Assembly (NCBI RefSeq): GCF_000027125.1
Contig: NC_017626.1
Reading direction: 5' to 3' (one strand)
From: Escherichia coli 042
Lineage (GTDB): Bacteria > Pseudomonadota > Gammaproteobacteria > Enterobacterales > Enterobacteriaceae
DNA length: 64,000 nt
Part shown: positions 40,352 to 54,001 of the stretch, in pieces
How the letters are laid out: each line of letters starts with the position of its first letter
How positions within the stretch are numbered: the first letter of the stretch is position 1
Program-made: the position numbers and the translations under genes
Notes under the pieces: generated by a model
What the model saw: the letters and a program-made list of their open reading frames with translations, nothing else
Told to the model about the DNA's origin: nothing
The model's database searches: none

Positions 40352-41908
40352 ATGTTCATACGCGCTCCCAATTCTGGACGTAAGCTCCTGCTTACCTGCA
40401 TTGTTGCAGGCGTGATGATTGCGATACTGGTGAGCTGCCTTCAGTTTTTAGTGGCCTGGCATAAGCACGAAGTCAAATACGACACACTGATTACCGACGT
40501 ACAAAAGTATCTCGATACCTATTTTGCCGACCTGAAATCCACTACTGACCGGCTCCAGCCGCTGACCTTAGATACCTGCCAGCAGGCTAACCCCGAACTG
40601 ACTGCCCGCGCGGCGTTTAGCATGAATGTCCGTACGTTTGTGCTGGTAAAAGATAAAAAAACATTCTGTTCATCTGCGACTGGTGAGATGGACATTCCAC
40701 TCAATGAATTGATTCCGGCGCTCGACATTAATAAAAACGTCGATATGGCGATCTTACCCGGCACGCCGATGGTGCCGAACAAACCCGCAATCGTCATTTG
40801 GTATCGCAACCCGTTGTTGAAAAATAGTGGCGTGTTTGCCGCGCTGAATCTCAATCTGACACCTTCACTCTTCTATAGCTCACGGCAGGAAGATTACGAT
40901 GGTGTCGCCCTCATTATTGGTAATACTGCGCTATCTACCTTTTCTTCACGTTTGATGAACGTTAATGAATTAACCGACATGCCGGTCCGTGAAACTAAAA
41001 TTGCGGGCATTCCTCTGACCGTTCGGCTTTATGCGGATGACTGGACATGGAACGATGTGTGGTACGCATTTTTACTGGGCGGCATGAGTGGAACTGTCGT
41101 TGGCCTGCTTTGCTATTACCTGATGAGCGTACGTATGCGCCCCGGCAGAGAAATCATGACCGCCATCAAGCGCGAACAATTTTACGTGGCGTATCAACCG
41201 GTGGTGGATACACAAGCTTTGCGGGTAACGGGCCTGGAAGTACTGCTACGCTGGCGGCATCCTGTAGCGGGAGAAATTCCCCCGGATGCCTTCATTAACT
41301 TTGCCGAATCGCAAAAGATGATTGTGCCGCTGACTCAGCACCTGTTTGAGTTAATTGCCCGCGATGCCGCAGAATTAGAAAAAGTACTGCCGGTAGGCGT
41401 CAAATTTGGCATTAACATTGCGCCGGACCATCTGCACAGCGAAAGCTTTAAAGCAGATATCCAGAAACTGCTCACTTCCCTGTCCGCACACCATTTCCAG
41501 ATTGTGCTGGAAATTACCGAGCGCGATATGCTGAAAGAGCAAGAAGCCACGCAACTCTTTGCCTGGCTACACTCGGTCGGCGTAGAAATTGCTATTGATG
41601 ACTTCGGTACCGGGCACAGCGCGCTTATCTACCTTGAGCGTTTTACGCTCGATTATCTGAAAATTGACCGTGGATTTATCAACGCCATCGGTACGGAAAC
41701 GATCACTTCACCCGTACTTGACGCGGTGCTGACGCTGGCGAAACGTCTCAATATGCTGACGGTTGCTGAAGGGGTCGAAACGCCGGAACAGGCGCGATGG
41801 CTAAGCGAACGCGGCGTTAATTTCATGCAAGGCTACTGGATTAGTCGCCCGTTACCGCTGGACGATTTTGTCCGCTGGCTGAAGAAACCGTATACGCCGC
41901 AGTGGTAA
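40352..41908 (+). CDS. rtn: membrane-anchored EAL-domain c-di-GMP phosphodiesterase
   Basis: 518-aa ORF with N-terminal TM/periplasmic region and C-terminal EAL domain (EVLLRW...). Confidence 0.85.
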   Translation: MFIRAPNSGRKLLLTCIVAGVMIAILVSCLQFLVAWHKHEVKYDTLITDVQKYLDTYFADLKSTTDRLQPLTLDTCQQANPELTARAAFSMNVRTFVLVKDKKTFCSSATGEMDIPLNELIPALDINKNVDMAILPGTPMVPNKPAIVIWYRNPLLKNSGVFAALNLNLTPSLFYSSRQEDYDGVALIIGNTALSTFSSRLMNVNELTDMPVRETKIAGIPLTVRLYADDWTWNDVWYAFLLGGMSGTVVGLLCYYLMSVRMRPGREIMTAIKREQFYVAYQPVVDTQALRVTGLEVLLRWRHPVAGEIPPDAFINFAESQKMIVPLTQHLFELIARDAAELEKVLPVGVKFGINIAPDHLHSESFKADIQKLLTSLSAHHFQIVLEITERDMLKEQEATQLFAWLHSVGVEIAIDDFGTGHSALIYLERFTLDYLKIDRGFINAIGTETITSPVLDAVLTLAKRLNMLTVAEGVETPEQARWLSERGVNFMQGYWISRPLPLDDFVRWLKKPYTPQW

Positions 41909-41983
41909 GGTGTGCTTACGTCCCTTATTATTCATAGTGAAAGCATGCCGGATTGCGGCTAATGATGAGTAAAAGGAAATCCG

Positions 41984-43819
41984 TTGCAGATGATTGTGCG
42001 CATACTGCTGCTGTTTATCGCTCTGTTCACCTTTGGTGCGCAGGCGCAGGCTATCAAGGAAAGCTATGCCTTTGCCGTGCTGGGCGAACCCCGGTACGCG
42101 TTTAATTTCAACCATTTTGATTATGTGAACCCCGCCGCGCCAAAAGGGGGGCAGATAACGTTGTCAGCCCTCGGCACCTTCGATAATTTCAACCGCTATG
42201 CACTGCGCGGCAACCCGGGCGCACGCACCGAGCAGTTGTACGACACGCTATTTACGACTTCCGATGACGAGCCAGGCAGTTATTACCCGCTGATTGCCGA
42301 AAGCGCACGCTATGCTGACGATTATTCCTGGGTGGAGGTCGCTATTAATCCGCGCGCCCGTTTTCATGATGGTTCGCCCATTACTGCCCGCGATGTAGAG
42401 TTTACTTTTCAAAAATTTATGACCGAAGGCGTGCCGCAATTTCGTCTGGTCTACAAAGGCACCACCGTCAAAGCCATTGCACCATTAACCGTGCGTATTG
42501 AGTTAGCGAAACCCGGCAAAGAAGATATGCTGAGCCTGTTTTCGCTGCCGGTCTTTCCAGAAAAGTACTGGAAGGATCACAAACTTAGCGACCCGCTCGC
42601 CACGCCTCCGCTTGCCAGTGGTCCGTACCGAATTACGTCCTGGAAAATGGGGCAAAATATTGTCTATTCCCGCGTGAAAGATTACTGGGCAGCAAACTTA
42701 CCGGTAAACCGTGGACGCTGGAATTTCGACACCATTCGCTACGATTATTACCTCGATGATAATGTCGCCTTTGAAGCGTTTAAAGCCGGTGCCTTTGATT
42801 TGCGTATGGAAAACGACGCCAAAAACTGGGCCACGCGCTATACCGGTAAAAATTTCGATAAAAAATACATCATCAAAGATGAGCAAAAGAACGAATCAGC
42901 CCAGGATACGCGCTGGCTGGCGTTTAATATCCAACGTCCGGTATTCAGCGATCGCCGGGTGCGGGAAGCAATCACTCTCGCCTTTGACTTTGAATGGATG
43001 AACAAGGCGTTGTTTTACAATGCCTGGAGTCGCACGAACAGTTATTTTCAGAATACCGAATATGCGGCCAGAAATTACCCCGACGCCGCGGAGCTGGTGC
43101 TTCTGGCACCAATGAAAAAAGATCTACCGCCAGAAGTCTTCACGCAAATCTACCAGCCGCCGGTATCCAAAGGCGATGGTTACGATCGTGACAACCTGTT
43201 AAAAGCCGACAAACTTCTCAACGAAGCGGGCTGGGTGCTGAAGGGTCAGCAACGCGTAAATGCCACAACGGGTCAGCCGCTCAGCTTTGAGTTATTGCTA
43301 CCTTCGAGCAGCAATAGTCAGTGGGTATTACCGTTCCAGCACAGCCTGCAACGGCTGGGTATCAACATGGACATTCGCAAGGTGGATAACTCGCAAATCA
43401 CCAACCGCATGCGCAGTCGCGACTATGACATGATGCCGCGCGTATGGCGGGCGATGCCGTGGCCCAGTTCCGATTTACAGATTTCCTGGTCATCGGAATA
43501 TATCAACTCCACTTATAATGCCCCCGGCGTGCAAAGTGCGGTTATCGACTCGCTGATCAACCAAATTATTGCCGCGCAGGGAAATAAAGAAAAATTACTG
43601 CCGTTGGGGCGAGCACTGGATCGCGTATTAACGTGGAATTATTACATGCTGCCAATGTGGTATATGGCGGAAGACCGTCTCGCCTGGTGGGATAAATTCT
43701 CTCAACCCGCAGTGCGCCCTGTTTACAGCCTGGGTATCGATACCTGGTGGTATGACGTTAATAAAGCGGCCAAACTGCCTCAGCCAGACAACAGGGAGAA
43801 TAGATGGGCGCTTATCTGA
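41984..43819 (+). CDS. yejA: periplasmic oligopeptide-binding protein of ABC transporter (microcin C uptake)
   Basis: about 604-611-aa ORF with signal peptide; first gene of yejABEF. Confidence 0.85.
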
Positions 43820-44898
43820 TTCGCCGTCTGTTGCTGGTGATCCCAACGTTATGGGCGATTATCACTATCAACTTTTTCATCGTGCAAATTGCGCCTGGCG
43901 GTCCGGTCGACCAGGCTATCGCCGCCATTGAGTTTGGTAATGCCGGAGTATTACCCGGCGCAGGCGGTGAAGGTGTTCGTGCCAGCCATGCGCAAACGGG
44001 CGTCGGCAATATCAGCGACAGTAATTACCGTGGTGGACGCGGATTAGATCCAGAAGTGATCGCCGAGATCACTCATCGCTACGGTTTCGATAAGCCGATC
44101 CACGAACGTTACTTCAAAATGCTCTGGGACTACATCCGCTTTGATTTTGGCGATAGCCTGTTTCGCAGCGCCTCGGTGCTGACGCTGATTAAAGACAGTC
44201 TGCCAGTTTCCATCACCCTCGGATTGTGGAGCACACTGATTATCTATCTGGTGTCGATTCCGTTAGGCATTCGCAAAGCTGTTTATAATGGGAGCCGCTT
44301 TGACGTCTGGAGTAGCGCATTTATCATCATCGGCTACGCCATTCCGGCCTTTTTGTTTGCCATCCTGCTGATTGTCTTCTTCGCAGGCGGCAGCTATTTC
44401 GACCTGTTCCCTCTACGCGGCCTGGTTTCCGCTAACTTTGATTCGCTGCCGTGGTATCAGAAAATCACCGATTATCTGTGGCATATCACGCTGCCGGTGC
44501 TGGCGACGGTGATTGGTGGCTTTGCGGCGCTGACTATGCTGACAAAAAACTCATTCCTTGATGAAGTGCGCAAGCAATACGTGGTGACCGCCCGTGCGAA
44601 AGGGGTAAGTGAAAAAAATATTCTCTGGAAACATGTGTTCCGCAACGCCATGCTGCTGGTGATTGCCGGTTTTCCGGCGACGTTTATCAGCATGTTTTTT
44701 ACCGGCTCGCTGCTGATTGAGGTGATGTTTTCACTCAATGGTCTTGGCTTACTGGGCTACGAAGCGACCGTCTCGCGCGATTATCCTGTAATGTTTGGTA
44801 CCTTGTATATTTTCACCCTGATTGGCCTGCTGCTGAATATTGTCAGTGATATCAGCTATACGCTGGTCGATCCGCGTATAGATTTTGAGGGACGTTAA
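43804..44898 (+). CDS. yejB: ABC transporter permease
   Basis: 364-aa membrane ORF overlapping yejA stop. Confidence 0.85.
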
Positions 44899-45923
44899 TG
44901 TCGCGACTCAGCCCCGTCAATCAGGCCCGTTGGGCGCGTTTTCGCCATAACCGTCGCGGCTACTGGTCGTTATGGATTTTCCTCGTCTTATTTGGTTTGA
45001 GTTTGTGTTCTGAACTTATCGCCAACGATAAACCGTTGCTGGTGCGTTATGACGGCAGTTGGTATTTCCCGTTGTTGAAAAACTACAGCGAAAGCGATTT
45101 TGGCGGCCCGCTGGCAAGCCAGGCTGATTATCAGGACCCGTGGCTGAAACAGCGGTTGGAAGATAAAGGTTGGGTACTGTGGGCACCGATTCGCTTTGGT
45201 GCTACCAGTATCAACTTTGCTACCGATAAGCCCTTCCCTTCTCCACCCTCCCGGCAAAACTGGCTGGGAACGGATGCCAATGGCGGCGATGTGCTGGCGC
45301 GCATTCTCTATGGCACGCGGATCTCAGTTCTGTTTGGCCTGATGCTGACCCTCTGCTCCAGCGTGATGGGCGTGCTGGCGGGGGCGCTACAAGGCTATTA
45401 CGGCGGTAAAGTCGATCTCTGGGGGCAACGTTTTATTGAAGTATGGTCGGGGATGCCGACGCTGTTTTTGATTATTTTACTTTCCAGCGTCGTACAGCCT
45501 AACTTCTGGTGGCTGTTGGCAATTACCGTCTTGTTTGGCTGGATGAGTCTGGTCGGCGTGGTGCGGGCGGAGTTTTTACGTACCCGTAATTTCGACTACA
45601 TCCGCGCGGCGCAGGCGCTTGGTGTCAGCGATCGCAGTATCATCCTGCGTCATATGTTGCCAAATGCCATGGTCGCTACCCTCACCTTTTTACCGTTTAT
45701 TTTATGTAGTTCGATAACCACCCTGACCTCACTCGATTTCCTCGGCTTCGGTCTGCCGCTCGGTTCACCGTCACTCGGCGAACTGCTGTTACAAGGGAAA
45801 AATAACCTTCAGGCCCCGTGGCTTGGGATCACCGCCTTCTTGTCGGTGGCGATATTGTTGTCTTTGCTGATCTTTATTGGTGAAGCCGTCCGCGACGCAT
45901 TTGATCCTAATAAGGCGGTGTAG
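44898..45923 (+). CDS. yejE: ABC transporter permease
   Basis: 341-aa membrane ORF. Confidence 0.85.
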   Translation: MSRLSPVNQARWARFRHNRRGYWSLWIFLVLFGLSLCSELIANDKPLLVRYDGSWYFPLLKNYSESDFGGPLASQADYQDPWLKQRLEDKGWVLWAPIRFGATSINFATDKPFPSPPSRQNWLGTDANGGDVLARILYGTRISVLFGLMLTLCSSVMGVLAGALQGYYGGKVDLWGQRFIEVWSGMPTLFLIILLSSVVQPNFWWLLAITVLFGWMSLVGVVRAEFLRTRNFDYIRAAQALGVSDRSIILRHMLPNAMVATLTFLPFILCSSITTLTSLDFLGFGLPLGSPSLGELLLQGKNNLQAPWLGITAFLSVAILLSLLIFIGEAVRDAFDPNKAV

Positions 45924-45924
45924 C

Positions 45925-47514
45925 ATGACGCAAACTCTGTTAGCGATTGAAAATTTGTCGGTGGGTTTTCGCCATCAGCAAACCGTACGCACAGTAGTCA
46001 ATGATGTTTCACTTCAGATTGAGGCTGGCGAAACGCTGGCGCTGGTGGGTGAGTCTGGTTCAGGTAAGAGCGTTACCGCGCTGTCAATTTTACGCCTGCT
46101 CCCTTCCCCGCCGGTTGAATATCTCTCCGGCGATATTCGTTTTCATGGCGAATCGCTGCTTCATGCCAGCGATCAAACGTTGCGCGGTGTACGCGGTAAT
46201 AAGATCGCCATGATTTTTCAGGAGCCGATGGTGTCATTAAATCCATTGCATACCCTGGAAAAACAGCTTTATGAAGTGCTTTCACTCCACCGCGGGATGC
46301 GTCGGGAAGCGGCTCGTGGCGAAATTCTTAACTGCCTTGATCGCGTCGGTATCCGCCAGGCGGCAAAACGGCTGACAGATTATCCGCATCAGCTCTCCGG
46401 CGGCGAACGCCAGCGGGTAATGATTGCGATGGCGCTGTTAACGCGACCGGAATTATTAATTGCCGATGAACCAACCACCGCACTGGACGTCTCTGTCCAG
46501 GCGCAGATTTTACAGCTGTTGCGCGAACTGCAAGGCGAGCTGAATATGGGTATGCTGTTTATTACTCATAACCTCAGCATTGTCAGAAAACTGGCCCATC
46601 GCGTGGCGGTAATGCAAAACGGTCGCTGTGTCGAGCAAAATAACGCCGCTACGCTATTTGCCTCACCCACTCATCCTTACACACAAAAGCTACTCAACAG
46701 TGAACCGTCAGGCGACCCGGTCCCATTGCCAGAACCTGCCTCAACGTTGCTGGATGTTGAACAGCTTCAGGTTGCCTTCCCCATTCGCAAAGGGATTTTG
46801 AAGCGCATTGTGGATCATAATGTGGTGGTGAAAAACATCAGTTTTACGCTACGGGCGGGTGAAACACTGGGTTTAGTAGGCGAGTCAGGTTCCGGGAAAA
46901 GCACGACGGGACTGGCGCTGCTGCGACTGATTAACTCTCAGGGCAGCATTATCTTTGACGGTCAGCCACTGCAAAATTTAAATCGCCGCCAGCTGTTACC
47001 TATTCGTCATCGCATTCAGGTGGTATTTCAGGATCCAAACTCCTCGCTCAACCCACGACTCAACGTTTTGCAGATTATTGAGGAAGGCTTACGGGTTCAC
47101 CAGCCGACGCTTTCCGCCGCACAACGCGAACAACAAGTGATAGCCGTGATGCATGAAGTGGGATTAGATCCTGAAACACGCCACCGTTATCCGGCGGAGT
47201 TCTCTGGTGGTCAGCGGCAACGTATTGCGATTGCCAGGGCGTTAATTCTTAAGCCCTCGCTGATCATTCTTGATGAACCAACATCATCGCTCGACAAAAC
47301 GGTACAGGCGCAAATATTAACGCTATTGAAATCATTGCAACAAAAGCATCAACTGGCCTATTTGTTTATCAGCCACGATTTGCACGTTGTCCGCGCGTTA
47401 TGTCATCAGGTTATCGTACTGCGACAAGGGGAAGTAGTGGAACAAGGACCGTGCGCGCGCGTGTTTGCCGCACCGCAGCAGGAGTATACGCGTCAGCTAC
47501 TGGCGTTGAGCTGA
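45925..47514 (+). CDS. yejF: ABC transporter ATP-binding protein with two ATPase domains
   Basis: Two Walker A motifs (GESGSGKS twice) and LSGGxRQR signatures; start at [11 protein letters not shown]. Confidence 0.85.
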   Translation: MTQTLLAIENLSVGFRHQQTVRTVVNDVSLQIEAGETLALVGESGSGKSVTALSILRLLPSPPVEYLSGDIRFHGESLLHASDQTLRGVRGNKIAMIFQEPMVSLNPLHTLEKQLYEVLSLHRGMRREAARGEILNCLDRVGIRQAAKRLTDYPHQLSGGERQRVMIAMALLTRPELLIADEPTTALDVSVQAQILQLLRELQGELNMGMLFITHNLSIVRKLAHRVAVMQNGRCVEQNNAATLFASPTHPYTQKLLNSEPSGDPVPLPEPASTLLDVEQLQVAFPIRKGILKRIVDHNVVVKNISFTLRAGETLGLVGESGSGKSTTGLALLRLINSQGSIIFDGQPLQNLNRRQLLPIRHRIQVVFQDPNSSLNPRLNVLQIIEEGLRVHQPTLSAAQREQQVIAVMHEVGLDPETRHRYPAEFSGGQRQRIAIARALILKPSLIILDEPTSSLDKTVQAQILTLLKSLQQKHQLAYLFISHDLHVVRALCHQVIVLRQGEVVEQGPCARVFAAPQQEYTRQLLALS

Positions 47515-47517
47515 CGC

Positions 47518-47862
47518 TTAAAAAGGATTGTAGTTTGAGAAGGGTTCGGCAATTGCCACACCAAAATTTTTCAATCGGCATGTTGCAGCAAACTCGTCCT
47601 GGCGATTTACAAACAGGCACGGCTCACCTTCACACTCCAGTACCGAGCATGGAACTTCGATGTCGCTTAACGCCTGGCTTAGTTTGTACATCACCGACCA
47701 TGCATTATCACCATCCGGGCTAAGCAATTTAAGCGCCACCAGGCTGTTGTCACCGCACGGTCCATTTTGCGGAATCGGTTCAACCTTCGAACCTGCGAAA
47801 CCAGCAGACCAGCGATAGTTCTGCGGCAGTCGATGGACGATTGAGAGTTGTAATGAAGTCAC
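47518..47862 (-). CDS. yejG: uncharacterized protein YejG
   Basis: 114-aa ORF; synteny. Confidence 0.7.
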
Positions 47863-48194
47863 TTATTTTCCCCGGAAGCACATTTACTTCACAATTTGCT
47901 TACATCAATTTTAACACATCATCAACAATCCGTCTTTATACGGATCGTAAAGATTGATGCCTCGCCTGCGTGGCCTCTATGGCTCTGATTTAAATAATAT
48001 CTGCGGGCGTGGTCACGTTTGCGGGGCTATATGTACCCGTTTCTGCGATCTAACTCAACCTTTTTAACTACAATGATGTGACTTTTTACATAAATTGATT
48101 TTACATAAAATAAACATATATCGGGGGAATGATGGATTTGTGGTTGACATGCATCAACAAAGGAAGCCTTTTAGCTTCCTCGTTGTGCAATAGA

Positions 48195-49385
48195 TCACCG
48201 TTTTTTCGGCCGACTGGCGTACAGACAGAAGAGAATGGAGCTGGTTGCGCAGAATGCAATTGACCAAATCATCGGCCATGCAGAGTTAAAGGTCGCAAGA
48301 GAAAGCAATGCGCCAACAATTGCCCCTATGCCGAAACGGAAGGTTCCTGCCAGCGAAGATGCCGTTCCCGCCATATGGGGAAACTCATCAAGAATGACCG
48401 CCATCGCATTAGATGACACCATCGACACGCAGCCCACAAACGCCGCAACGCCAACCACCAGCGACCAGAATCCCAGCCCCAGCAGCGCACTGATGACCAT
48501 CCACGCCGCCATAATAAACTGTATCCACAACCCCGAGCGGAACATATTTAACGCGCCAATTCGGCGGACGAAGCGGCTGTTAAAGATGGTCATCACGAAC
48601 AGGAAAACAATGTTTAGCGCAAAGTAATAACCAAAGTTTTCCGGCGCGACGTGGTTAATTTCAATGTAGACAAACGGTCCGGCGCTTAAGAACGAGAACA
48701 TCCCGGCAAAGCTGAAACCGCTGGCCAGCATATAACTCAGGACACGCTTATGACGGAACAGCGCCGCAAAGTTACCAATAGTGGTACGAATGTGAAAAGG
48801 CTGGCGACGCTCCGGTGGTAAGGTTTCTTTGATCAGAAAGAAGATCATTGCCGAAGCCAGAATCGCCGCCACAGCGAGGATCCAGAAGATATAATGCCAG
48901 CTCAGCCACACCAGCACCCAGCCGCCAACTATCGGTGCCATCAGCGGTGCAATGGTCGTCACCAGCATGACAAACGACATCATCCGCGAGAACTCTTCTT
49001 TCGGGTAGATATCACGCATCAAAGCGTTGATAACCACGCTGGCCGCAGCCGCAGCCAGACCGTGGAAGAAACGCATCACAATCAGCTGATCGATGGTTTG
49101 TGCCAGCGCACACGCCACCGCGGCGGCGGCAAACACCAGCGTACCGCCAAGAACCACCGGCTTACGCCCGAAACTGTCTGCCATCGGCCCGTAGATTAAC
49201 TGCCCCAACGCAAAGCCCAGAATATAAGTACTGAGGGTCATCTGCGTACTGCCCGCCGGTACGCCAAACTGCGCTGAAATTACCGGTAGCGCGGGCAGAT
49301 ACATATCAATCGACAGCGGCATCAACATGGCCAGCAGGCCAAGGATAAAAACAATAGCAAACGACGAATGCTGTCGGGTGGTCAC
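48195..49385 (-). CDS. bcr: MFS multidrug efflux transporter (bicyclomycin resistance)
   Basis: 396-aa 12-TM ORF. Confidence 0.85.
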   Translation of the reverse strand: MTTRQHSSFAIVFILGLLAMLMPLSIDMYLPALPVISAQFGVPAGSTQMTLSTYILGFALGQLIYGPMADSFGRKPVVLGGTLVFAAAAVACALAQTIDQLIVMRFFHGLAAAAASVVINALMRDIYPKEEFSRMMSFVMLVTTIAPLMAPIVGGWVLVWLSWHYIFWILAVAAILASAMIFFLIKETLPPERRQPFHIRTTIGNFAALFRHKRVLSYMLASGFSFAGMFSFLSAGPFVYIEINHVAPENFGYYFALNIVFLFVMTIFNSRFVRRIGALNMFRSGLWIQFIMAAWMVISALLGLGFWSLVVGVAAFVGCVSMVSSNAMAVILDEFPHMAGTASSLAGTFRFGIGAIVGALLSLATFNSAWPMIWSIAFCATSSILFCLYASRPKKR

Positions 49386-49412
49386 AACGGGCTCCTGAAA
49401 GTCATTAAAAAG

Positions 49413-50108
49413 TTAGACGACGCTGGCAATTTCTTCTTCAGTTAACGGACGATATTCACCGGGGGCTAAATCAGCATCCAGCGTAATGCCGCCAATACGT
49501 TCACGATGCAGCTCAACCACATGGTTACCCACGGCGGCGAACATACGTTTCACCTGATGATAACGCCCTTCGCTGATGGTCAAACGAACCTGCGTTGGGG
49601 TAATCACTTCCAGCACCGCCGGCTTAGTGAGATCTTTTTCGTTATGCAGCTGCACGCCTTTAGCAAATTGCTCTGCCGTATCGTCAGCTACGGGTGATTC
49701 CAGCGTCACCAGATAGGTCTTCTCGCAATGATGGCGCGGAGAAGTAATGCGGTGCGACCACTGACCATCATCTGTCATTAGTACCAGACCGGTGGTATCG
49801 ATATCCAGACGCCCTGCGGCGTGCAGTTTCCACGCTACCGGTTCATCCAGAAAATAGAGCACCGTTGGGTGATCAGGGTCGTCCGTGGAGCAAACATAGC
49901 CCTGAGGCTTATTGAGCATGAAGTAACGTGGACCGTGTTGCTGCGCCAGCGGGTTGCCATCGTAAGCGACATCATGTTCAGGGAGCAGTTTGAACGCTGC
50001 ATTACGGACGATTTCGCCATCGACGGTGACACGATTGCCGCGGATTTCACGCCCGGCAATAGCACGGCTAACGCCGAGTTGCTGTGCGATAAATTTATCA
50101 AGTCGCAT
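49413..50108 (-). CDS. rsuA: 16S rRNA pseudouridine synthase
   Basis: 231-aa reading from [16 protein letters not shown]... (S4 domain plus RsuA catalytic domain). Confidence 0.85.
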
Positions 50109-50257
50109 GTGTGTGATTTTGCCTGTAAAAAACGGAGGTCGGGTAATGACCCGAAAATCTGAACTGTTGTCTGCCCAGTATAGCGGTCTAATAACTTCCC
50201 TCAAGGGAAAAAGATCCGTGGCATACTATTAGCAGAATAATCTACCTACGCGAGACC

Positions 50258-52018
50258 ATGATTTTTACACTCCGCCCATATCAGCAAGAAGCTGTGGATG
50301 CCATGCTCAACCATTTTCGTCGTCATAAAACCCCTGCCGTTATCGTGCTGCCCACCGGTGCAGGTAAAAGCCTGGTGATAGCGGAACTGGCGCGGCTGGC
50401 GCGTGGTCGCGTGCTGGTGCTGGCACATGTTAAAGAACTGGTGGCGCAAAACCATGCAAAATATCAGGCACTGGGACTGGAAGCCGATATTTTTGCCGCC
50501 GGGCTAAAGCGCAAAGAGAGCCACGGTAAAGTGGTATTTGGCAGCGTGCAGTCGGTCGCCCGTAATCTTGATGCCTTTCAGGGTGAATTTTCGCTGTTGA
50601 TTGTCGATGAATGTCACCGTATTGGTGACGATGAAGAGAGCCAGTATCAGCAAATCCTCACTCACCTGACCAAAGTGAATCCCCACTTACGCCTGCTGGG
50701 GCTGACTGCCACGCCTTTTCGATTGGGCAAAGGCTGGATCTACCAGTTCCATTATCACGGCATGGTACGCGGCGATGAGAAAGCCCTTTTCCGTGACTGC
50801 ATTTATGAGCTGCCGCTGCGTTATATGATTAAACACGGCTATCTGACGCCGCCAGAACGACTGGATATGCCAGTAGTGCAATACGATTTCAGCCGCTTGC
50901 AGGCACAGAGTAACGGGCTATTCAGCGAAGCCGATCTCAACCGCGAGATAAAAAAACAACAACGTATTACCCCGCACATCATCAGCCAGATTATGGAGTT
51001 TGCTGTAACGCGCAAAGGGGTGATGATTTTCGCCGCCACCGTTGAACACGCCAAGGAGATAGTGGGACTGCTGCCTGCCGAAGATGCAGCACTAATTACT
51101 GGCGACACACCCGGCGCTGAGCGCGATGTGTTAATTGAAGATTTTAAAGCCCAGCGTTTTCGCTATCTGGTCAACGTCGCGGTACTGACCACTGGATTTG
51201 ACGCCCCGCACGTCGATCTTATTGCTATTCTGCGCCCTACCGAATCGGTGAGTCTTTACCAACAAATTGTCGGGCGCGGTCTGCGTCTCGCTCCAGGCAA
51301 GACTGATTGCTTAATTCTTGATTATGCGGGTAACCCTCACGATCTCTACGCGCCGGAAGTTGGTACACCGAAAGGCAAAAGTGACAACGTTCCGGTACAG
51401 GTTTTCTGCCCTGCCTGCGGTTTTGCCAACACCTTTTGGGGGAAAACGACCGCCGACGGGACATTGATTGAACACTTTGGTCGCCGCTGTCAGGGATGGT
51501 TTGAAGATGACGACGGTCATCGCGAACAATGTGACTTCCGTTTCCGTTTTAAAAATTGCCCGCAATGTAACGCGGAAAACGATATTGCCGCCCGCCGCTG
51601 CCGCGAATGTGACACCGTACTGGTTGATCCGGATGATATGTTAAAAGCGGCGCTACGACTGAAAGACGCGCTGGTATTACGCTGTAGCGGCATGTCTTTG
51701 CAGCATGGGCACGACGAGAAAGGCGAATGGTTGAAAATCACCTATTACGATGAAGACGGCGCGGATGTGAGTGAGCGTTTCCGTCTGCAAACGCCCGCCC
51801 AGCGTACCGCCTTCGAGCAGCTTTTTATCCGCCCGCATACGCGCACACCGGGCATCCCTCTGCGCTGGATCACCGCCGCTGATATCCTCGCCCAGCAAGC
51901 ATTACTGCGACACCCGGATTTTGTCGTCGCCCGCATGAAAGGTCAGTACTGGCAAGTGCGTGAAAAAGTGTTCGATTACGAAGGTCGTTTTCGTCGGGCG
52001 CACGAATTACGCGGTTAA
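50258..52018 (+). CDS. radD: superfamily 2 DNA repair helicase
   Basis: 586-aa ORF with Walker A PTGAGKS, DECH box and C-terminal Zn-finger-like Cys clusters. Confidence 0.85.
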   Translation: MIFTLRPYQQEAVDAMLNHFRRHKTPAVIVLPTGAGKSLVIAELARLARGRVLVLAHVKELVAQNHAKYQALGLEADIFAAGLKRKESHGKVVFGSVQSVARNLDAFQGEFSLLIVDECHRIGDDEESQYQQILTHLTKVNPHLRLLGLTATPFRLGKGWIYQFHYHGMVRGDEKALFRDCIYELPLRYMIKHGYLTPPERLDMPVVQYDFSRLQAQSNGLFSEADLNREIKKQQRITPHIISQIMEFAVTRKGVMIFAATVEHAKEIVGLLPAEDAALITGDTPGAERDVLIEDFKAQRFRYLVNVAVLTTGFDAPHVDLIAILRPTESVSLYQQIVGRGLRLAPGKTDCLILDYAGNPHDLYAPEVGTPKGKSDNVPVQVFCPACGFANTFWGKTTADGTLIEHFGRRCQGWFEDDDGHREQCDFRFRFKNCPQCNAENDIAARRCRECDTVLVDPDDMLKAALRLKDALVLRCSGMSLQHGHDEKGEWLKITYYDEDGADVSERFRLQTPAQRTAFEQLFIRPHTRTPGIPLRWITAADILAQQALLRHPDFVVARMKGQYWQVREKVFDYEGRFRRAHELRG

Positions 52019-52034
52019 TGGTAGTTTTGATTGA

Positions 52035-52427
<393 letters not shown>

Positions 52428-52444
52428 TTGCTGAATAAGTTGTA

Positions 52445-52472
52445 AAAAACCCCGCTCCGGCGGGGTTTTTTG
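52445..52472 (+). terminator. intrinsic terminator after rplY
   Basis: AAAAAACCCCGCtccgGCGGGGTTTTTTG. Confidence 0.8.
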
Positions 52473-52514
52473 TCTCTGCAAATTATGCCTGATTACGGTA
52501 TTGCTATTTTTTGC

Positions 52515-52545
52515 AGGCCAGATAAGGCGTTCACGCCGCATCTGG
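52515..52545. repeat. REP-like palindromic element
   Basis: GCCAGATAAGGCGTTCACGCCGCATCTGGC. Confidence 0.5.
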
Positions 52546-52565
52546 CATTCAGATCACAAAACCGA

Positions 52566-53573
52566 TTAATTGCCGCCGGACGTCCGGCGCTGCAATTGAT
52601 CGCGCAGGTTCGGCGGCGTGCCTTTAATGGTCAGGGTATCGGTCGCCGGATCCCAGAAAATCCGTTCGCCCAACAGCATCGCATCAAAGTTAATAGTCAA
52701 GCCACCGCCGCTACCGGCAAACTTCGTCAACTGACGCAGTGTGCTACGGTCTGCCGGGAAGCTCTCTTCCAGTTCGTAGCCTTTTTCAGCCGCAAACTCC
52801 GTGAAGCTCACTTCGCTGACGCCTGCCAGCTCTTTCGACAGCGATTCCAGTTCAATCTCTTCACCTGCCTGTAGCTGCTCATTACAGTAGCTATAAACCT
52901 GCTGGCGCACGTTCTGTCGCTCTGCTTTATCCAGTTGTGCTTCGGCAGTGAAATCATCGACCGCTTGCAACAGCCCACGGTTTTGCGCTTTCGCGTTTAA
53001 CCCTTCGCTGGCACCGAGGAAATCCATAAAGAAATCCGCCACTTTGCGCCCTACTCGCCCTTTCAGGAAAGTGAGATAGCGGGTCGACTCTGGATTGGTT
53101 TCCCACTCGGTTAAATCGATACGCGCAACAATATCCGCATGATTGATATCAAGATAATGGGTTGGGTTGATGTCGAGATTTTCGTTAACACGCATACTGC
53201 TCAGGTTGCTCAGAACTGCCACCAGCAAATACTCCACCGCCAGATAGCGATAGTGGCAAAACAGCACGAATCCACCGTCAGCAAAAGGATATTTCGCTAA
53301 TTCGTCACGCAGGCGACCGGTTGCCGCGCGGCTAAATGCCAGAAAGTCCTCTTCGCCCTGACGCTGTAAACGCAGCGTCTGCGCCAGTTCACTCTCTTCG
53401 CTAAACAAGCCGTAAGCTTTATTTTTGGCGCTATAGACCCGATGCAGTTCTGCCACCATCTCAACGACGGTTTCTGTCGGTTCCAGCAATGAATCGCGCA
53501 ACACCAGCTCAAGGTTCTGCTCATCACGCTTGATAAGCTGGTGCAGAGCAATCTGGTTGATATCCAGACTCAT
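52566..53573 (-). CDS. ndpA: nucleoid-associated protein NdpA
   Basis: 335-aa ORF; divergent from yejL. Confidence 0.8.
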
Positions 53574-53754
53574 GATAAACTCTCCTTTAAGACCGGGCGG
53601 TATTCAACCACCGCCGGTTAAGCGACGCAATAAAAGATGGCGGTCATTTTACAGAAGGCGGCGTAACGAGAATGATTTAACGCATAAAAAAGCAGAAAAA
53701 AAACCGTTGCTACGGTAATATGTTGCCCTTTCATCAACTAACTGATTTCGATTT

Positions 53755-53982
53755 ATGCCACAAATTTCCCGCTACAGTGATGAACAGGTTGAACAATTGC
53801 TCGCAGAGCTGCTCAACGTACTGGAAAAACATAAGGCTCCGACCGACCTTTCCCTGATGGTGTTAGGCAACATGGTCACTAACCTTATCAACACCAGCAT
53901 TGCCCCGGCCCAACGCCAGGCAATTGCCAACTCTTTTGCCCGCGCCTTACAGTCCTCTATCAACGAAGACAAAGCGCACTAA
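53755..53982 (+). CDS. yejL: UPF0352 small protein
   Basis: 75-aa ORF. Confidence 0.75.
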
Positions 53983-54001
53983 GGGAAACAGATAACAGGT
54001 T